From: Betaproteobacteria bacterium
GTDB lineage: Bacteria > Pseudomonadota > Gammaproteobacteria > Burkholderiales > SG8-39
Direction: 5' to 3'
Assembly (NCBI GenBank): GCA_009693335.1
Contig: SHXK01000002.1
Location: forward strand, 339 to 64,338
DNA: 64,000 nt
The notes beneath the pieces were generated by a model, which saw nothing but the letters and a program-made list of their open reading frames with translations, did no database searches and was not told where the DNA came from. A program made the translations under genes and the position numbers. Below, in pieces: positions 58,732 through 64,000 of this stretch. Position 1 is the stretch's first letter. Each line of letters opens with the position of its first letter.

Positions 58732-60006
58732 CTATAATTTCTCGCGCAAACTGGCGAGCGCAGGACGCAGATACTCCAGGAACAATGCCGGATTCTCGGC
58801 CATCGGAAAATGGCCGATGCCAGGCATCACCTCGAATTGCGCGCCCGGAATTTTGGCCGCCGTGGCGCGCGAAATTTCTGGCGTACAGGAATAGTCGTAC
58901 TCACCGGTGAGCATGATCACCGGGCATTGCTTGGTGTCGATGCGTCCGACGCGCTCGCGCGCGTCCCACTCGCGACCGTAGAAGCGGATGTCGCCCCAGA
59001 ATACGCCGTAGCCGCCCTGCGAGTATTCCCACCACACTTCACGCGCCCGCTCAGGGGGACTTTGCGGCGCGATCAGGCCATGTACCCATTCGGGCACGAA
59101 AGTGGCATCGTTGACCTGCGGATGGCGCGTCCAGGGGACTGTGCGCCCGACGATGCGCTCGCTCGCCTCACAGGCGATCACGCCGCCCAGGCGCTCGCCC
59201 CAGCGCAGCGCCATCTCGAGGCAGATCTGGCCCGCCATCGAGGAGCCCAGCAGCACCGGGCGCTGCAGGCCGAGCGCCGCGATCACCGCTTCAATCGCCG
59301 CGACGTAGCGCTCGGTGGTCAGCTCCCAATCGCCGATCGCTGCGCCCTCTGGCGGCAGGCTCTTGCCGTGCCAAGGCAGGTCGAAAGCCAACATGCGCCA
59401 CTCGGCGCCCAGCCCCGCGTCGTTCAGCAGCTTGTAGAACTGACGCGCATCCGAGCCCGCGGTGTGCAGGCACAGCAGGTCGTGGCCCGCACCGGCTTCC
59501 TCGTAGTAAATGCGGTTCGGGCGGCCCTCCAGCTCGACCCACACGTAGCCGCCACGAATGGGTTCTCTGGTCCCTGCTTTTACAGGGGCATTTTTCCTGG
59601 CAGGAGAAGCGGAAACACCGTTGGCGAGATCCCTGCCGATCTCGAGCACGCGCCGCACCAAGTGCATGTTCTGCGCCAGGGCCAACTCGCTGCCCGAGAC
59701 CTTGAACTCGGGCACCCGCATCTTCATTGCGTAGATACCGTGGTAGGGCGCGGGCGGCGGGGAGGAAAAGAACTTCTCCCAGACTGCCGTGGGGGCTTCG
59801 AGTGCGAATGACTGTTTTCCGGACCTGGTTTCAGAGACGACCAACGGAGAACTGAAAGAAAATTCCGCTGCGTGCTCCCCCGCCACCAGGAGGAAGCAGC
59901 AATCCGCGTTCGTCGAAAACGCCGCCAGCTCGGCGTCAGCGCGTGCGGCCGCCTGCAACGCGGCCAGGAACTCCGCCCAGCGCGCCTGCAGGAAATCCAC
60001 CCTCAC
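58732..60006 (-). CDS. Alpha/beta hydrolase with an N-terminal extension of about 150 aa
   Basis: The listed ORF 58732..60213 was trimmed to the GTG at 60006, which overlaps the sucD TGA (GTGA); an alternative GTG lies at 60000. Hydrolase core: LCLHTAGSD, nucleophile elbow [12 protein letters not shown] near the C-terminus. Confidence 0.72.
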   Translation of the reverse strand: MRVDFLQARWAEFLAALQAAARADAELAAFSTNADCCFLLVAGEHAAEFSFSSPLVVSETRSGKQSFALEAPTAVWEKFFSSPPPAPYHGIYAMKMRVPEFKVSGSELALAQNMHLVRRVLEIGRDLANGVSASPARKNAPVKAGTREPIRGGYVWVELEGRPNRIYYEEAGAGHDLLCLHTAGSDARQFYKLLNDAGLGAEWRMLAFDLPWHGKSLPPEGAAIGDWELTTERYVAAIEAVIAALGLQRPVLLGSSMAGQICLEMALRWGERLGGVIACEASERIVGRTVPWTRHPQVNDATFVPEWVHGLIAPQSPPERAREVWWEYSQGGYGVFWGDIRFYGREWDARERVGRIDTKQCPVIMLTGEYDYSCTPEISRATAAKIPGAQFEVMPGIGHFPMAENPALFLEYLRPALASLREKL

Positions 60007-60883
60007 CGCAGGACAGACTTGAGGAGCTTCCCCATCTCCGCGGGATTCCTGGTCACCTTGATGCCGCAGGACTCCATCACCGCCAGCTTCTCTTGCGCCG
60101 TGCCCTTGCCTCCGGAAATGATCGCGCCGGCATGGCCCATGCGCTTGCCCGGCGGCGCGGTGACGCCGGCAATGAAGCCGACCACCGGTTTTTTCATGTG
60201 CTCCTTGACCCACTGCGCTGCGGTCTCTTCGTCTGAGCCGCCAATCTCGCCGATCATGATCACCGCGTCGGTGTCCGCATCGTCGTTGAACATTTGCAGT
60301 ACGTCGATATGCTTCAGGCCGTTGACTGGATCGCCGCCGATGCCCACCGCGGTGGACTGGCCGATGCCCAGCTCAGTGAGCTGACCCACGGCTTCGTAGG
60401 TGAGCGTTCCCGAGCGCGAAACCACGCCGACACGGCCCTTCAGGTGAATGTGGCCCGGCATGATGCCGATTTTGAGTTCATCGGGGGTGATCACCCCCGG
60501 GCAGTTGGGCCCGAGCAGCAAGGTCCTGCACTTTTCTTTCTGCATGCGCTCGCGCAGGTGGACCATGTCGCGCACCGGGATGCCTTCGGTGATGCAGATC
60601 ACGAGGTCGAGGTCGGCCGCCACCGCTTCCCAGATCGCCGACGCGGCGAAAGGCGGAGGAACATAGATCACCGAGACATTCACGCCGGTTTGTTTTTTTG
60701 CTTCGGCCACATTCTCAAATATCGGAATACCCTCGAAGCTCTCGCCCGCTTTCTTGGGATTCACGCCGGCGACATAGCAGTTCTTGCCATTCGCGTAGGC
60801 GCGGCTGGTCTGGGTGTGGAACTGGCCGGTCTTGCCGGTGATCCCCTGCGTGAGCACCCTCGAATTCCGGTTGATGAGGATGC

Positions 60884-60887
<4 letters not shown>
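60003..60887 (-). CDS. sucD: Succinate--CoA ligase (ADP-forming) alpha subunit-like
   Basis: [31 protein letters not shown], and [11 protein letters not shown] (phosphohistidine loop). The segment [18 protein letters not shown] is atypical. Confidence 0.88.
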
Positions 60888-62065
<1,178 letters not shown>

Positions 62066-62128
62066 GCGGCCGTGTGCTCTCTGAGGGGGTGGGATATTAG
62101 CATCGGCATGCTTGCTAGAATCATTGAC

Positions 62129-63637
<1,509 letters not shown>

Positions 63638-63666
63638 CGGCGCGGGCCTGGAATCCCTGGTCCTGA

Positions 63667-63690
63667 CCCCCGCCGCGCCTCATGCGGGGG
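63667..63690. terminator. Weak hairpin between the convergent glpK and EAL genes
   Basis: 7-bp stem CCCCCGC/GCGGGGG with a 10-nt loop. There is no U-tract on either strand, and it overlaps the EAL gene stop. Confidence 0.25.
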
Positions 63691-64000
63691 ACACAGGCAT
63701 CGGGTCGGCAGGAACCATGCCCTGCAACAGGCGCAGGAACTGGTCTGCCGGCAGTGGCTTGCTGAACAGATAGCCCTGCATCTGGTTGCAGCCATGCAAG
63801 CGCAGAAAACGCAACTGCTCCTCGGTTTCCACCCCCTCGGCGATCGCCCCCAGCCTCAGGCTGTGCGCCATGGCGATGATCGCCTGGGTGATTTCGGTAT
63901 GGTTGCTGTCGCCGGGAAGATCCTGGATAAATGAACGGTCGATCTTCACACTATTCAGCGGAAAGCGCTTCAGGTAACTGAGCGACGAATAGCCGGTGCC
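63680..64000 (-). CDS. EAL-domain protein (c-di-GMP phosphodiesterase), C-terminal part; 5' end outside the window
   Basis: The frame is open to the window edge. GTGYSSLSYLKRFPLNSVKIDRSFIQD and AEGVETEEQLRFL are EAL signature blocks. Confidence 0.85.
   Translation of the reverse strand, partial: GTGYSSLSYLKRFPLNSVKIDRSFIQDLPGDSNHTEITQAIIAMAHSLRLGAIAEGVETEEQLRFLRLHGCNQMQGYLFSKPLPADQFLRLLQGMVPADPMPVSPA

Overview
High-GC (about 64-65%) chromosomal segment with betaproteobacterial synteny (lptG-lptF / pepA-holC-valS, three Bug/TctC-type binding proteins). I found no rRNA, tRNA, CRISPR array, IS element or integrase; about 58 protein genes are packed with many 1-4 nt start/stop overlaps. Left to right: (1) a housekeeping block: DUF3619/DUF3106/RDD, lptFG, pepA, holC, valS, tusA-like, BepA-like protease, moaC, MacAB-type pump. 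(2) An orphan type IV pilin flanked by low-GC non-coding DNA. (3) An oxalate/formate C1 module: oxc-frc-formyltransferase, a Cys-less Crp/Fnr regulator, tctCBA, and Fdh1-type NAD formate dehydrogenase with fhs and terC. All three operons are preceded by near-identical TTGA(C/T)-N4-GTCAA boxes in one fixed geometry. (4) A P450/Bug/TauD/DMT block. (5) A long minus-strand operon beside a divergent TetR gene: two hydrolases, a Liv-type ABC importer whose LivF ATPase is fused to a Tm-1-like (UPF0261) domain, its TIM-barrel partner, a flotillin and duplicated SRPBCC genes. (6) A plus-strand catabolic operon ending in an ACP / fatty-acyl-AMP-ligase / lysophospholipid-acyltransferase tri-domain protein. 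(7) A sucCD-like / hydrolase / MAPEG / PaaK-like operon, glpK and a partial EAL gene. The best candidates for undescribed biology are the ALDH1L1-N-domain-like formyltransferase coupled to frc, the oxalate regulon architecture with a phased decamer array, and the LivF/Tm-1 fusion module. All functions are inferred from motifs read by eye; no database search was possible.
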